This document shows positions 23,666 through 35,499 of a DNA stretch of 64,000 bases, in pieces. Source of the DNA: Octopus sinensis (Eukaryota); assembly GCF_006345805.1 (NCBI RefSeq), contig NC_042997.1, positions 46,996,001 through 47,060,000 on the forward strand, given 5' to 3'. How positions within the stretch are numbered: position 1 is the stretch's first letter; each line of letters begins with the position of its first letter. Under the pieces are notes generated by a model. The model did not search any database, was not told the DNA's origin, and saw only the letters and a list, made by a program, of their open reading frames with translations. Position numbers and translations under genes: made by a program.

Positions 23666-25474
23666 GTCAATTTGAAGATGTAATTTCCTGTTTAGGGATT
23701 ATGAAATCCAGAGATCAACTGATGTTATCGATGATATATTGCGAGATTTTTCACAATATATAGGGATAAACAGTCTAATTTATAGTCTAATTTATATATA
23801 ATAAAACGGAGAAAAAATATATAGTGGATACTCATTTTATTTGTATCATGATAAAAACATAACAACCATTTAATACAAGTAAAATTAAAAGGAACATGAA
23901 TTAACGGAAAAAAGCAAAAATAAAAATGTACCTACACGTGTCAATCTGGTCTGTTTCAGATCCTCAGGGTCTAAGATTCTAGATGTAAAAAACAGAAAAA
24001 AAAACGCAATATTACCAGATATCATCAGGGATGCTTTGTACAAAAAGCTATTGCTTACATATTTTTTCAAAGGATTTGAAATTGGTGGTAAAAAAAAAAC
24101 GTACTGAATAAGATAGATGAGAACGGCGTATTCATATATCCAAGTAATGTAAACATTAAGTTGTTAGAAAAGATGAGACGTCAAATGGGGTTGCAGGGGG
24201 AGATATTACCTAATCAAATCATGCTAAAAATAACTATGATGGATTTGAAAAATAGACGGTTGTAGGTATTGGGGACTTTATGTAATCATTTAATAAGGGT
24301 ATAGACGGTTAGGGTTGTGAGGAACATTATGTAATTAGGGTAAGATATTGTGAAGACGTTAAGTAAATAGAATGAATTAAAGAGAAGAGTGAAACGTAAG
24401 AAATAATATAGAGAGAATAAATTTTATCTAGAGGAAAAAATTAACGAAATGGGAATAAAATAGAGGGATATTATTTAAGTGACTGAAACTAGAAAAGCCA
24501 TAACTTATTTAGGATATAAAGTATAAGAAATATAAAGAAACAAAAATTGGTTATAATATTTTAAAGTTATGGTAAAGAAAACCGAGGCAATATTGTATAC
24601 TACAGTAGGGATTTTAGAATGGTCCACTCATAAACAGATTTTTATCCTTATTGGTTAAGATCAATATATGGTGAAGGGCATATATGTTAAATAAAATTTT
24701 AAGATGCTAATTCTACATCCGATTAGGAGAGAAATTTATCGTTTAGAAAACAAAGTTATTTTATTCCACACGGGTAGAAATACAGGAAAAATAGAAGTTA
24801 AAAATGCATTGAGTGTATTTCTTCTATTATTATATTTAACAATTTAATCGGTTTCACAGTTTACACTGATTTTCAAAAAATTGAAATAGAACGACGTGAC
24901 TTATGTTGCAGCTGTCTTCCTTCGGACTAGTGTTTGAAGCTTGACCTATTTTCATAGGTATTTCATGGTTCAAATTAGTATATATTTTGAATAAGACTTG
25001 ATTGGTGTAGGATAGTCGCATGACTGGTCTTAGAAATGTTTTTAGGTTCCCCGCTACGTCCATGAGTTAGTATCAAGTGACGATGTTTAGCACCGTAAAT
25101 TAAGGCTGACACGGTTGACTGAGCATGTCCAGTGACAGTAACAAACAATCAATGCTCTGAATGTTTTCTGTCAAGTGTTTGTAGAAAATGAACACGTGAT
25201 GAAGTTTCGAATCTTTTGTACGTCTCCCGCTTCGTCCGTGCGGTAGTGTCACGTGAGAGTATGTTTTGCGCCTAAAATGAAGGCCAACACGGTTGAGTGA
25301 ACATATTATTTACAATCAAGGCACACTAAATTTAATCTGTCAGGTGGGAGAGTCTACAGGAGTCGTTTGTATGTAGTCCAGTGGGTAAAGTTTAGATTGT
25401 TAGTTGTGCAGGTTCCTCATATTAATTGGCAGAAATAGTTTTGCGTGTGAATATCTATTTGTGTATGTACTTTC

Positions 25475-26135
25475 TTACAGTTTGTTGAATCTTGGTTTGT
25501 ACTTTTGTATGAAAGTATTTCGCTGTTTATCTGTGTTTCGTCTGTGGTATTCACTGAAGATAGGTAGAGTGGAAAGACCTGGAACTTAGGGGATTTATCT
25601 TTTTTGCACATATGTCTATGTGTCCACTCAGTGGAATCTGCGTAGTATTGGGGTCTAATAATTGTTGTCTGTGAATTGTCAATCTCTTTCTTAGGATAAG
25701 CTTTGTTTGAGCTATGTATTCTTCATTACATCCTTGACATTTGATTGCATATATTAAATTCCTTGAAAAACATGGACAATGATGTTTTTACGGTAAAAAT
25801 CTATCCTGATTTGAAATTGTATGTTATGTCTTCAATAAGATTGATGCAAATTTCGCAATTGGGGCGGCCGCAGTTTTTTACTGTTGGCGTAGGAATTGTG
25901 GAAGGTAATTTAGCGTTGGTGCGGAATTTTTTGAGAGACTTTAATTGACTTTTACTTTTGATTATTTTGTGTATTTCAAATGCTTGTTCCATTCTTGGAT
26001 CCTGTTTTAGTAGTGAGATGTTCTGGTGGATAATATTGTAAACCTCTGTGTTCCTTGGGTTATATGTTCTAATAAAGGGTAGAGTATTGGATGTATCTGG
26101 AGCGTTTATCATTTTTGTAGCTCTTGGCACGTTCT
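25475..26135 (-). mobile_element. Neptune-type Penelope-like element 3' end (GIY-YIG endonuclease)
   Basis: LPFIRTYNPRN...NCGRPNCEICINL, then IKCQGCNEEYIAQTKLILRKRLTIHRQQ...QIPLSGHIDIC...FIQKYKPRFNKL*. Confidence 0.85.
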
Positions 26136-26274
26136 ATTCTATTGTCTATTAACATTAATGGATATCATCTTTTAAGTAGTAGTTGTATTAGTTCCTGGAA
26201 TCTTTTATTGCGAGCTTCAGGATTTGAGACAATTGTGCAGATTCCTCTTCAAATATTAAATGAAATATTATTAT

Positions 26275-26348
26275 TCTTTATGAGACCTCATAATTAGGCA
26301 AATTCCATTGAGTGGACACATAGACATATGTACAAAACAGATAAATCC
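26275..26348 (+). repeat. Inverted copy of part of the adjacent PLE endonuclease
   Basis: ggcaaattccattgagtggacacatagacatatgtacaaaacagataaatcc is the reverse complement of 25591-25641. Confidence 0.85.
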
Positions 26349-26349
26349 T

Positions 26350-26581
26350 CTAAGGCGGCGAGCTGGTGGAAACATTAGCACGCCAGATGAAAAGCTTAGC
26401 GATATTTCGACTGCCGTTACGTTCTGAATTCAAATTCCGTTAGTCGACTTTGCCTTTCATCCTTTCGGGGTCGATAAATTAAGTACCAGTTACGCAATGT
26501 GGTCGCTGTATTCGACCTAATCTCCGTGTCTGTCTTTGTTTGTCCTCTCTATGTTTAGCCCCTTGTGGGCAATAAAGAAAT
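26350..26581 (+). mobile_element. SINE (aaggcggcgagctgg family)
   Basis: aaggcggcgagctgg...ttcaaattcc...gactttgcctttcatcctttcggggtcgataaattaagtaccag. Related copies at 54128-54345 (+), ~35150-35290 (-), ~46040-46190 (-) and ~6545-6620 (-). Confidence 0.8.
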
Positions 26582-27015
26582 AGGAATATTTTTCTGCGTG
26601 TGTTTGGGATTGCATGGAGAGAACAGTAGGTGTTGCTTAGAATCTGTTCGTTTGTAGTGACTGTCTGCTTTAATGTGTTTTATCTCTATTGGCGATTAGT
26701 ATATTCGATATCGCCCAAAGACGTGAGTCCATGAAGATAATCTGCCCCATGCCCACAGATACGACAGACTACACTGTAGTCATCCTAGGGTACGGACTAG
26801 GATCTTCAGGGATACGTGATTTGTGGAAACGCGCGTCGCGCTACATTAAAATATTTATAAATTCCATTGCTATTATTACTATATTTACTCTACATTCTAT
26901 CGGTACAGCTCGATGCAATCGCAAAAAACTAGTTCACCAGTCAGCATCATTTGACTGTATCCGGCATAGGAGCTTTAGTTGCATGTTCAAAACTACTCTC
27001 GTTACCAAATTAAAA

Positions 27016-27073
<58 letters not shown>

Positions 27074-27134
27074 ATGCATATCTATCTATCTATCTTTCTA
27101 TCTATCTATCTATCTATCTATCCATCTATGTATG

Positions 27135-27170
<36 letters not shown>

Positions 27171-27440
27171 ATCTATCTATCTGCACAGATGCACACACAC
27201 ACATACATTAACGCACGTATATTCGTTGTTATGTATGTGTGTATGTATACATTTTATGTGGAAATATACAGCCATAATAACACGCATAAATACATATATG
27301 TACAAAATTACACAGCACGTATACATCCACAAATTTATATACAAATATTTGCAAATACGTATATTAGAATATATGAATAGGAACACAGTTGCATACAGCC
27401 ATATGGATAGATAGACAGGCATAGATATGTCTGTCTATCC

Positions 27441-27487
<47 letters not shown>

Positions 27488-27512
27488 ATCTATCTATCTA
27501 TCTACACATTCG

Positions 27513-27925
27513 TTTTCTTTTATTCTTTTACTTGTTTCAGTCATTTGACTGCGGCCATGCTGGAGCACCGCCTTCAGTCGACAAAATCGACCCCAGGACA
27601 TATTCTTTGTAAGCCTAGTACTTATTCTATCGGTCTATTTTGCCGAACTGCTAAGTTACGGGGACATAAACACACCGGCATCGGTTGTCGAGCGATGTTG
27701 GGGGGATAAACACAGACACACAAACATATACACCCACATACATATAAATATATACAAATATACGACGGGCTTCTTTCAGTTTCCGTCTACCAAATCCACT
27801 CACATGGCTTTGGTCGGCCCGAAGCTATAGTAGAAGACACTTGCTCAAAGTACCACGCAGTGGGACTGAACCCGGAACCATGTGCTTGGTAAGCAAGCTA
27901 CTTACCACACAGCCATTCCTGCGCC
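27513..27925 (-). mobile_element. Full-length tRNA-headed SINE with internal microsatellite and LINE-like tail
   Basis: Minus strand: ggcgcaggaatggctgtgtggtaag...ccgggttcagtccc (A/B boxes)...gcggtgctccagcatggccgcagtcaaatgactgaaacaagtaaaagaataaaag. Confidence 0.88.
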
Positions 27926-29353
27926 TATGTTTATCTATCTATAACATATACGCATACATATGTGTGTGGGAGGTGTATGTGTGTGTGTGTGTGTTTGGAT
28001 GAACCCTATTTTAAAATTTATTCACGTATGTATACAATCTCATAACTCATAGCATTACGTAGGCCAGAATAAGATCCTACTTATAGCTGTCTGTATGTGT
28101 ACATATATGTAAATATATATAGACGTTCCTATATAGAGAGACACGTTCATGCATTGTTATTTCCACATCTGAACGTATATTGTTACACACAAATACATAA
28201 GGAAAATCATACAAACTCATGCATTAACACACACCGGCAGGTTGGACCTTGTAAACAAGGGTCTGTCTTTTTAATGATTTACATGCGAATATTTTTGTTT
28301 CGCTGCCGAATGATTTAAACAAATAATAGTCTACACGTCGTGAGAAGTGTTTAAATGGTTACTTGTTTACTGTCATATAACGTCATCCTCATAGGAAGAA
28401 TATACTATATCTTTGGCAGTTTTACTTTTGGTGGGTAAATTAATAGCCTAAACAGTAAATAAAATTTCAATGCCTCATATCTGCAGAATAGATCTTTTGG
28501 AGAATTATTGACGTTTGGTGTCATGTTTTACCGAAGTATTTTTATGCTTTAGCTCCTATGTATGTTCCACGAATGCCAAAACAAAGTTGGCTTTGCCAAT
28601 ACCTCTCAAAATGTATGCATCTTGTTTTCATATCTCATATATTATTTGATAAGCGCGTGTAATTTATTTTATCTAGCTTTCACAACATGTGGCTGTGATT
28701 GTTGTAGTTCATCTTAAAGGAATTAGTAGCCAAACCAATGTTTGTTTTGAATGAATTCGGGAAATAAACGGAGCATTTGTGAAGTATACATTTTTTTCTG
28801 GTAAGTGGAATTCACTGGTCATGTATTCGAGTTGTTACAGTTTTCAATTCATGTCGAGTATTTGCTTAATTCAATATGAAAAATACTACAACAACTTAGA
28901 AGCGTGATGGGCTGAGAGGACTTAAGAATGAGAGAGTAAGAAAGTTGCATTTCTGTTTAAAATCTATTAACGTCTATCTTGTGGTGTGAAGTTTTCCATT
29001 ATTAGCTTAAAAAGGAATTTTGAAGAGTCACTAATGTGATTTAAAGCAAGTAATATTTCTAGTCGTATTCATATTTAAAATATTGACATTAGCTAGGCAA
29101 GTTAGTTATTCAGTGTATATATATATATATATATATATATACATACATGAATGCCTGCATCTAGTAGGTGTATGGATATGGATATATTGTATAAATTATA
29201 TATGCCTACGTGTGTACGGACACATATGAGATTGCGTGAGTGTACTTGTATTTATATATACATATGCCTGTTCGTTTTAATACGAACATGTTTTTGTGCA
29301 TATGCGTGTGTATGTGTGCATATGAGTGTGTATGTGTGTTAGAGTTTGTGTAA

Positions 29354-30130
29354 ACAGGCTGTTCGGGATAAATTCGACAGTTTGCATAAAAGATTAAAGA
29401 AAACACAATATGCGGAACAAGGGTAAATGTATTTTTTAAAATCGAAGAAAAAAACTATCATCTAAATTATGGCTGGGAGATAACAGTTTACTCAAAGCAG
29501 CGGCCCTCAGCTTCCACCACGGTCTCGAAACAACTTCGGAACCTGGCGCATGCACTCCTCTCTCTCTCTTTCTCTCTCTCTCTTTATGGGAAGATTTTCA
29601 AATACCTCATTATTCTTGGCTAATAGCTCGGCTTTGGTGTTACAGGCAGAGCGGTCTATCTCAACCGTACCCCACAGAGAGTAATCCATGGTAATACAAT
29701 CTGGAGAATTAGAAGTCCAGGTATTGGGGCTGGTCGGAGAAATAATCCGACAACACTTCTGAGACATATGGGTTTCAAGGAGCAACCTGCTGTAACTAGG
29801 GTTTGACCGCAGTCTACATCAGCTTTACATAGGCATCTCAAATGAACCTAAGGCTCTGTTCATCAGTTACTGGATGAAATACTGCTTGCAAAAGCGATCA
29901 GAACGTCTGTTGTGTTCCGTTCTGCTGGCCACGACTTTGTAGTCTCCATTGAAGCTGTCCGCATCACGTCTTACAGCCTTTATAGTGTAGACGGAGCATT
30001 GGACAGCAGTCCTGACATCGGAATTTTGTTGAGGGTGCGAATTATTATAATACGAATAACTTTTTTCCAATATACAGAGGTTTCAATTCTCCCGTTTTAG
30101 GAAACTGTATTCCAACTACTACTTCAATAT
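29354..30130 (-). mobile_element. Internally deleted IS630-Tc1-mariner (Tc1/maT-like) relic
   Basis: N-terminal remnant AVRRDADSFNGDYKVVASRTEHNRRSDR (29867-30070) and C-terminal WTSNSPDCITMDYSLWG (SPDLNP-type motif). A terminal repeat-like caggctgttcgggataaattcga lies at ~29356. Confidence 0.7.
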
Positions 30131-30224
30131 TCCTGCTCTCCAACGCTTTTGACCCTTCCTCAACATATCAAGCAGTACCTGAACAAAGAGACCTAAATTG
30201 TAACCAAGTTTATATATATATAAT

Positions 30225-30271
<47 letters not shown>

Positions 30272-31057
30272 GCCTGCTCGCTTAGCCAGTGGGGTGGCGT
30301 CATTCGAAGGCTAAAACAATGCGAACGCATTGTGACCAGCGATGTGTAACTACATCTGATAGACTGGTCGGTCACGTGATCACGTGATATATATATGTAT
30401 ATACACGCACACACACATACACACACACTCAAACACACACACACAATTGCACATGTATATGGGGGAAATCTTTGTAGATACTTCAGGAAAGATATTCATT
30501 TAAGTATTCTTGGCTAACCGTTCACTTTGGGGAATTAAAATTATTATTTTTTTTTTTACTTTTCAATAATTACTGATTCACATATTTTTTCTCCGTCTAT
30601 TTATATTAATTAAATATATATTTGCATTTGCTATCTTCATTTCTAATTAGATTGAGCAAAATAACATCGAATCAGATGAAGCTACATAAGTATATTTTTT
30701 TCTAATTTTGCCGCGAACGTTAAAAGAGCTAATCTAGAATTTTACACATACACACGTCCACGCATGTGTTTGTGTATATATAAATGTGTGTATATATATA
30801 TATATATATGTTTGTATAAATATATTAAATATATATATATATGTGCGTGTGTGTGTGTGTGTCTGTGTGCATATGTTTGTATATATACAAACGCATACAT
30901 GCAACACACACATATATACGTGCATTTGTACATACGCAGAAGCATGTATGTATATATGTATGTAAGTATATATGCGTGTATATGTATGTATATATATATA
31001 TATATAATATATATATATATTATATATATATGCGTGTGTGTATACATACATGGATGC

Positions 31058-31104
<47 letters not shown>

Positions 31105-31106
<2 letters not shown>

Positions 31107-31320
31107 TATATTCTCTTAGTTGTTTCAGTCATTTGACTGCGGCCATGTTGGAAAACTACCTTTTTTAGTTGAAGAAATCGACCATAGGACTTATTCTTTG
31201 TAAGTCTGGTATTTATTCTATCAGGCTCTTTGGCGAACTGCTAAGTTATGAAGACTTTAACACACAAACAACGGCTTTTAAGCGATGGCGGCGGAGGACA
31301 ACACAGACACAGAGACACAC
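31105..31320 (-). mobile_element. SINE 3' half (family of 27513-27925)
   Basis: ttgtttcagtcatttgactgcggccatg...cgaactgctaagtta. Confidence 0.8.
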
Positions 31321-31344
31321 ACATAAATTCATACATATATGTAG

Positions 31345-31424
<80 letters not shown>

Positions 31425-31802
31425 ATATATGAAATTAAAAAAGGAAAATACGCACACTTACATAGTTTGAATATAATTTTTAATATATCGACCGCTTTCG
31501 CTATCGCTATTCATGATATTATGTTTTACTTATTTGAATATACATATTTTTCTTAAGAAGAAATTTGGTCTATTTTTTGTGTGATGAAATTCACCTTCAC
31601 AAGTAGGTAAATAAAGGGAGGTAACTGGTGGTCGCTATTATGTTATTGTTGTGGGTAAGGGAGATAACTGTTCAGCTTTCGGTAATAGGTGGGGATTATA
31701 TATGTGTACAGTCAGCGACAAGTTTCAAAAACCTTGTTTAGTAGGGGATTTATGTACAGTGATGTAATCGTGAATTGAAATATGTAAAAAGATAAAAGTT
31801 GG

Positions 31803-32198
31803 TTATGCGTGCATATTAAGGCGTGTTTTGTATTTTTCAATGAAAAAAGTTTCTTTATTTAAGCGTTCTAGTTGAGAGATTGCGTCTTTGCACTGGTAGA
31901 AAGGGAAGACTGTGAAATTTGGTTTGATCTCACCTGCACATTTTTCTGTATGTTCACTGAGAGGAATTTGTCTGTATTGCGGGAAACGGATTTGCTCCTT
32001 ATGTAGAGTGGTTCTGTTTTTCAAGGTCATACTCGTTTGTCCAATATAGTGGTGTCCTCTACCCGAGCAGGTTATTACATAAATTAGGTTCTCAGAGGCA
32101 CAAGTGAAACTAGTTTTAATTGCGAACCTCTGTCCTTGTTTGAAAAAGAAAACCGAGCCTTGAAGTAGGTTGGGGCAGGTTCCACAGTTTGGGCATCC
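31803..32198 (-). mobile_element. Neptune-type PLE GIY-YIG endonuclease 3' end, frame still open
   Basis: CPNCGTCPNL...FTCASENLIYVITCSGRGHHYIGQTSMTLKNRTTLHKEQIR...QIPLSEH...LNKETFFIEKYKTRLN. Homologous to 25475-25800. Confidence 0.9.
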
Positions 32199-33165
32199 AA
32201 TAGTAGCAGCAACAGAGACGCGAACAGAACCAGCGGCAGCATCAGGGATAACAGCAATAACAACATCAACGGCAACAATGGAATTATCCCTAACGGCAGC
32301 AGCAACATCCGCAGCTTCCCCAACGGCTACTACTGTAGCAGGCTTGACAGTTCCAAGAGTAGCAGCAGCGGAGACAAGAGCAGAACCAGCTGCAGTACCA
32401 TCGCCAGCGATAACAACAATAACAACAACGGCAGCAATGGTAGTATCCCTAACGGAAATTGCAGCGGAGCCATCGCTATTGATACCTATAACAGCAGTGA
32501 CAGCACGTCCATTAACGACGATGGCCATAACAACAGAACCTTTACCAATACCAGTAGTAAGGGCACCAACATCATCGCCACCTCCAATGACACCAACACC
32601 AACAGACGCAGCACTGCCAACACCCGACCACAGAGATACATCAGTTGCGCTGGTAACACATTCAAACAACGCCTCTCCAGCCACAGATCCTCCTTCAGGA
32701 TGCCGGAAAGGAGATACGTTACGTCACTAGCCAGTCATGTATGACAACTGAAATACGACGGGATTCCATACACAATAGTATGGAGAAGTCTAGAAAATCC
32801 AGGCCTCTACATAAACGAGACCAAGCGTTGTAAACTATGCATAGCAGAGCGGGCGAGGATTTTAAAGAACTCCCTCGACCGGAGAACATTCTTAACTCCA
32901 GAACAGAGGTCTTCGCACACTGCATGTATTTCAGAAAATTCCTGGTGCCCTATTGAAACCTGCAAGATAATAGGGTTACTTGCGATTGATAACCAAAGGG
33001 AGACAATCCCCTGTTGTTGTCCTTTCTTCTTTCTCGAGAGGCCGCGCGCTAGATGGGTGTTAAGCCAACAGGTTTTAGGATCTGATGATATGCTGTAAAG
33101 CTAAGCGCTTTAGGGACGTGAAACCTAGGGTAATCCCAGAGACCGGCCTTATCTAACTTTATTCA
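32199..33165 (+). mobile_element. Second PLE family 3' end: N/S-rich linker, YIG half of the endonuclease, and pseudo-LTR with HHR
   Basis: An ATG-less frame (32199-32741) reads NSSSNRDANRTSGS...RYISCAGNTFKQRLSSHRSSFR...TSLASHV*QLK...CKLCIAER...LNSRTEVFAHC. The tail 32990-33150 is homologous to the minus strand of 1141-1300. Confidence 0.85.
33078..33136 (+). ncRNA. Type I hammerhead motif in PLE pseudo-LTR
   Basis: GGAU-CUGAUGA-UA...UAAAGC(UAAGC)GCUUUA...-GAAA-CCUAGG-GUA-AUCC. Stem I is 4 bp, stem III is the palindrome CCUAGG, and the base of stem II is imperfect. Confidence 0.75.
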
Positions 33166-33261
33166 TATTATATATATATATATATATGTGTGTGTGTGGT
33201 GTGTGTGTGTGTGAATATATATATATATAAATATAAATATATGCAATATATGACTGTGCTG

Positions 33262-33766
33262 ATTTGGTCATGTGATGCATATGGATGAGGACAGCTGTGT
33301 AAAGAACTGCCGAGCTCTAATTCTGGAGGTAAACTGTGAAAGGGTAGATCCTGGAAGACGTGGAACGAAGTGGTAAGAAAATATCTTCGGACGGTGGGCC
33401 TCACTGAGAAAATGACAAGAGGCCAGGAGTTGTAGCGATTTGTTACACTTGGAAAGACGCATCAAGCTAAGTAAAAATGGTGTTTTACATACAAGTCCTT
33501 TGCAGGTGCCAGAGCGACATAAAATACACCAGTCCAGTACTTGCGACACATGAAAAACACGCAGCACACTCAATAAAGTGGTTTGCGTTACGTAGGGCAT
33601 CCATCTGTAAAAAACAAATATGCCAAAACTGACAATTGGAGACTGGCCAGCTCCATAACAAACAGTCGAACCCATGCCAGCATAGAAAACGGACGTTAAA
33701 CGACAATGATGATAATGATGATTATGATGATGACGAAGATGACGACTCGACGACGACGACGACGAC

Positions 33767-33833
<67 letters not shown>

Positions 33834-33860
33834 ATGATGATGATGATGATGACGATGATG
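33262..33860 (+). mobile_element. RTE-clade LINE 3' end with (GAT)n tail
   Basis: FGHVMHMDEDSCVK...GRSWKTWNEVVRKYLRTVGLTEKMT, then 3' UTR ...acccatgccagcatagaaaacggacgttaaacga and (GAT)n. Confidence 0.8.
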
Positions 33861-33879
33861 ATGGTGGTAAGTTTCTTCC

Positions 33880-34012
33880 AGTTTCCGAGTACCAAATCCA
33901 TTCACAAGTCTTTGGTCGACCCGAGGCTTTAGTAAAAGACAAGATGTCGCACAGCAAGACTGAACCTGGATCATATGTTTATGATGCAACCTTATTAGAA
34001 CACAGCCACGCC
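33880..34012 (-). mobile_element. SINE 5' fragment
   Basis: tttcc...taccaaatccattcacaag...ttggtcgacccgaggct...gactgaacc...cacagccacgcctgcg. Confidence 0.7.
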
Positions 34013-34705
34013 TGCGTCATTTGTATATATGTTGAGAGCGTGTATGTGCAAGTGTTTGCGTATTTGTTTATGTATAAATTCTGTCAGGAATTGGTCATCT
34101 TGGTAAGTCTCATATGTAAAGTCCAAGGCCAAAACACAGAAATGTCATCGGCTCCATCTATTTCAATCATTTCACTTCGTTAAAGAACGCACTGCCGCAA
34201 ACACAACTGCACCTTACAATTTGTTTCGTATTAGTAAAATGCTTAGTTGGAATACTACTTGTTTTCCATAAATCACTGTTTTATTAAAATATGCATAATG
34301 CCACGGCGACTACAAAAAACTGGTGTCCTTGTGAATTGCCAATGCCAGTAGCGAAATAAACCAAAAGAATAATAATAATACGGTCTTGTTATAAACGAGC
34401 AAATATTAAATTAACAAGCGCAAAGCCGTTTGTTTCTCTGTTTCAAATTGTTGATTATATTGTCTAATATAATTTAACCATGAAAACCTTGTAGTCGAAT
34501 CATCGATAATATGTTTGCCAATTCTCAACACACTTGAAACAGAAATCCAGGTATGGCTTTTAGAGCGACGAGAATTATAAACATCTTTCACACTCGTGAA
34601 AGCCTTTCGTGCGGCTTACTTGTACGGTGGGGGCAGGTGCCTCGACACAGTAAACTCAGAATTGGGATAAAAAGGATATAAGCATACTACTACTACTACC
34701 ATTGT

Positions 34706-34950
34706 GGAGGCGCGTGGCTTGGTGGTTAGGGTGTCAGCACCTTAATCGTAAGATTGTGGTTTCGATTCCTGGACCGGGCGACGCGTTTTGTTCTTGAGCA
34801 AAAAAAACTTCATTTCACGTTGCGCCAGTCCACTCAGCTGGCAGAAATGAGTAACGCTGCGATGGACTGGCGTGCCGTCCAGCGGGGGAACACATACGCC
34901 ATAGAAACCGGGAAACCGGGCCCGTGAGCCTGGCTAAGCTTTAAACGGGC
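34706..34950 (+). mobile_element. tRNA-derived SINE with (TAC)n tail
   Basis: ggaggcgcgtggcttggtggttag (A box), gtttcgattcc (B box), and a ttgagcaa...tttcacgttgc core. Confidence 0.85.
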
Positions 34951-35499
34951 GCATTTATTATTTTTTACTATTACTACTACTACTACTACTACTATTACTA
35001 CTACTACTACTACTGCCACTGCTGCTGCTGCTGCTACTACTACTACAACAACAACAACAAAATGTAGTAGCAGTAAACATAATTCTATTTGGTACAAGAC
35101 CAGCAACTTTAGAGAAGGGGATTATTCGATCACATCAGACGCAACACATGACTGGTACTTTATTTTACCGATCCCAAAATGATGTTGACCTCGTTAAAAT
35201 TGAACTAGGCGAGACTTGAAATCAGAACTTAAAATGTCTGAAGAATTTCTGCAAAACATTTTTTCCAACGCTCTATCCTTCTGAAAGCTCATCACGTTGA
35301 TGATTATGATGATGATGATGATTATGATGATGACCACGGCGACGACGATGATGATGACGGCAACGGTGACAATGATATCTTCATTAAACCCTAAGTGTTA
35401 CACAAGGATCTAAAAAGGTACAGGGCGATACAATATCAAATGATATGAAGCTACGTAGAAGCATATAAACATTAAATTAACACAATTAAATTAACAAAA

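Noticed and set aside
24100-24850. Purine-rich block resembling a LINE 3' coding remnant
   Set aside because: No diagnostic motif could be read in any frame, so it is left unassigned.
25190-25250. CGGACGA...GAAAC on the minus strand downstream of the Neptune-type ORF
   Set aside because: The position fits a pseudo-LTR HHR, but the core is mutated and no stem can be paired convincingly.
26689-27414. 241-aa ORF
   Set aside because: It starts at TTG, has no recognisable domain, and its second half is microsatellite.
32170-32730. 186-aa Thr/Ala/Pro-rich mucin-like ORF
   Set aside because: It is an alternative frame of the PLE low-complexity linker, with no signal peptide or splice context.
32742-32744. 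In-frame TGA in PLE endonucleases (also ~20966) as possible selenocysteine
   Set aside because: 32742 sits at a normally Trp position (a single-step TGG to TGA change) and 20966 arises from a frameshift. No SECIS is evident, so ordinary decay is the simpler explanation.
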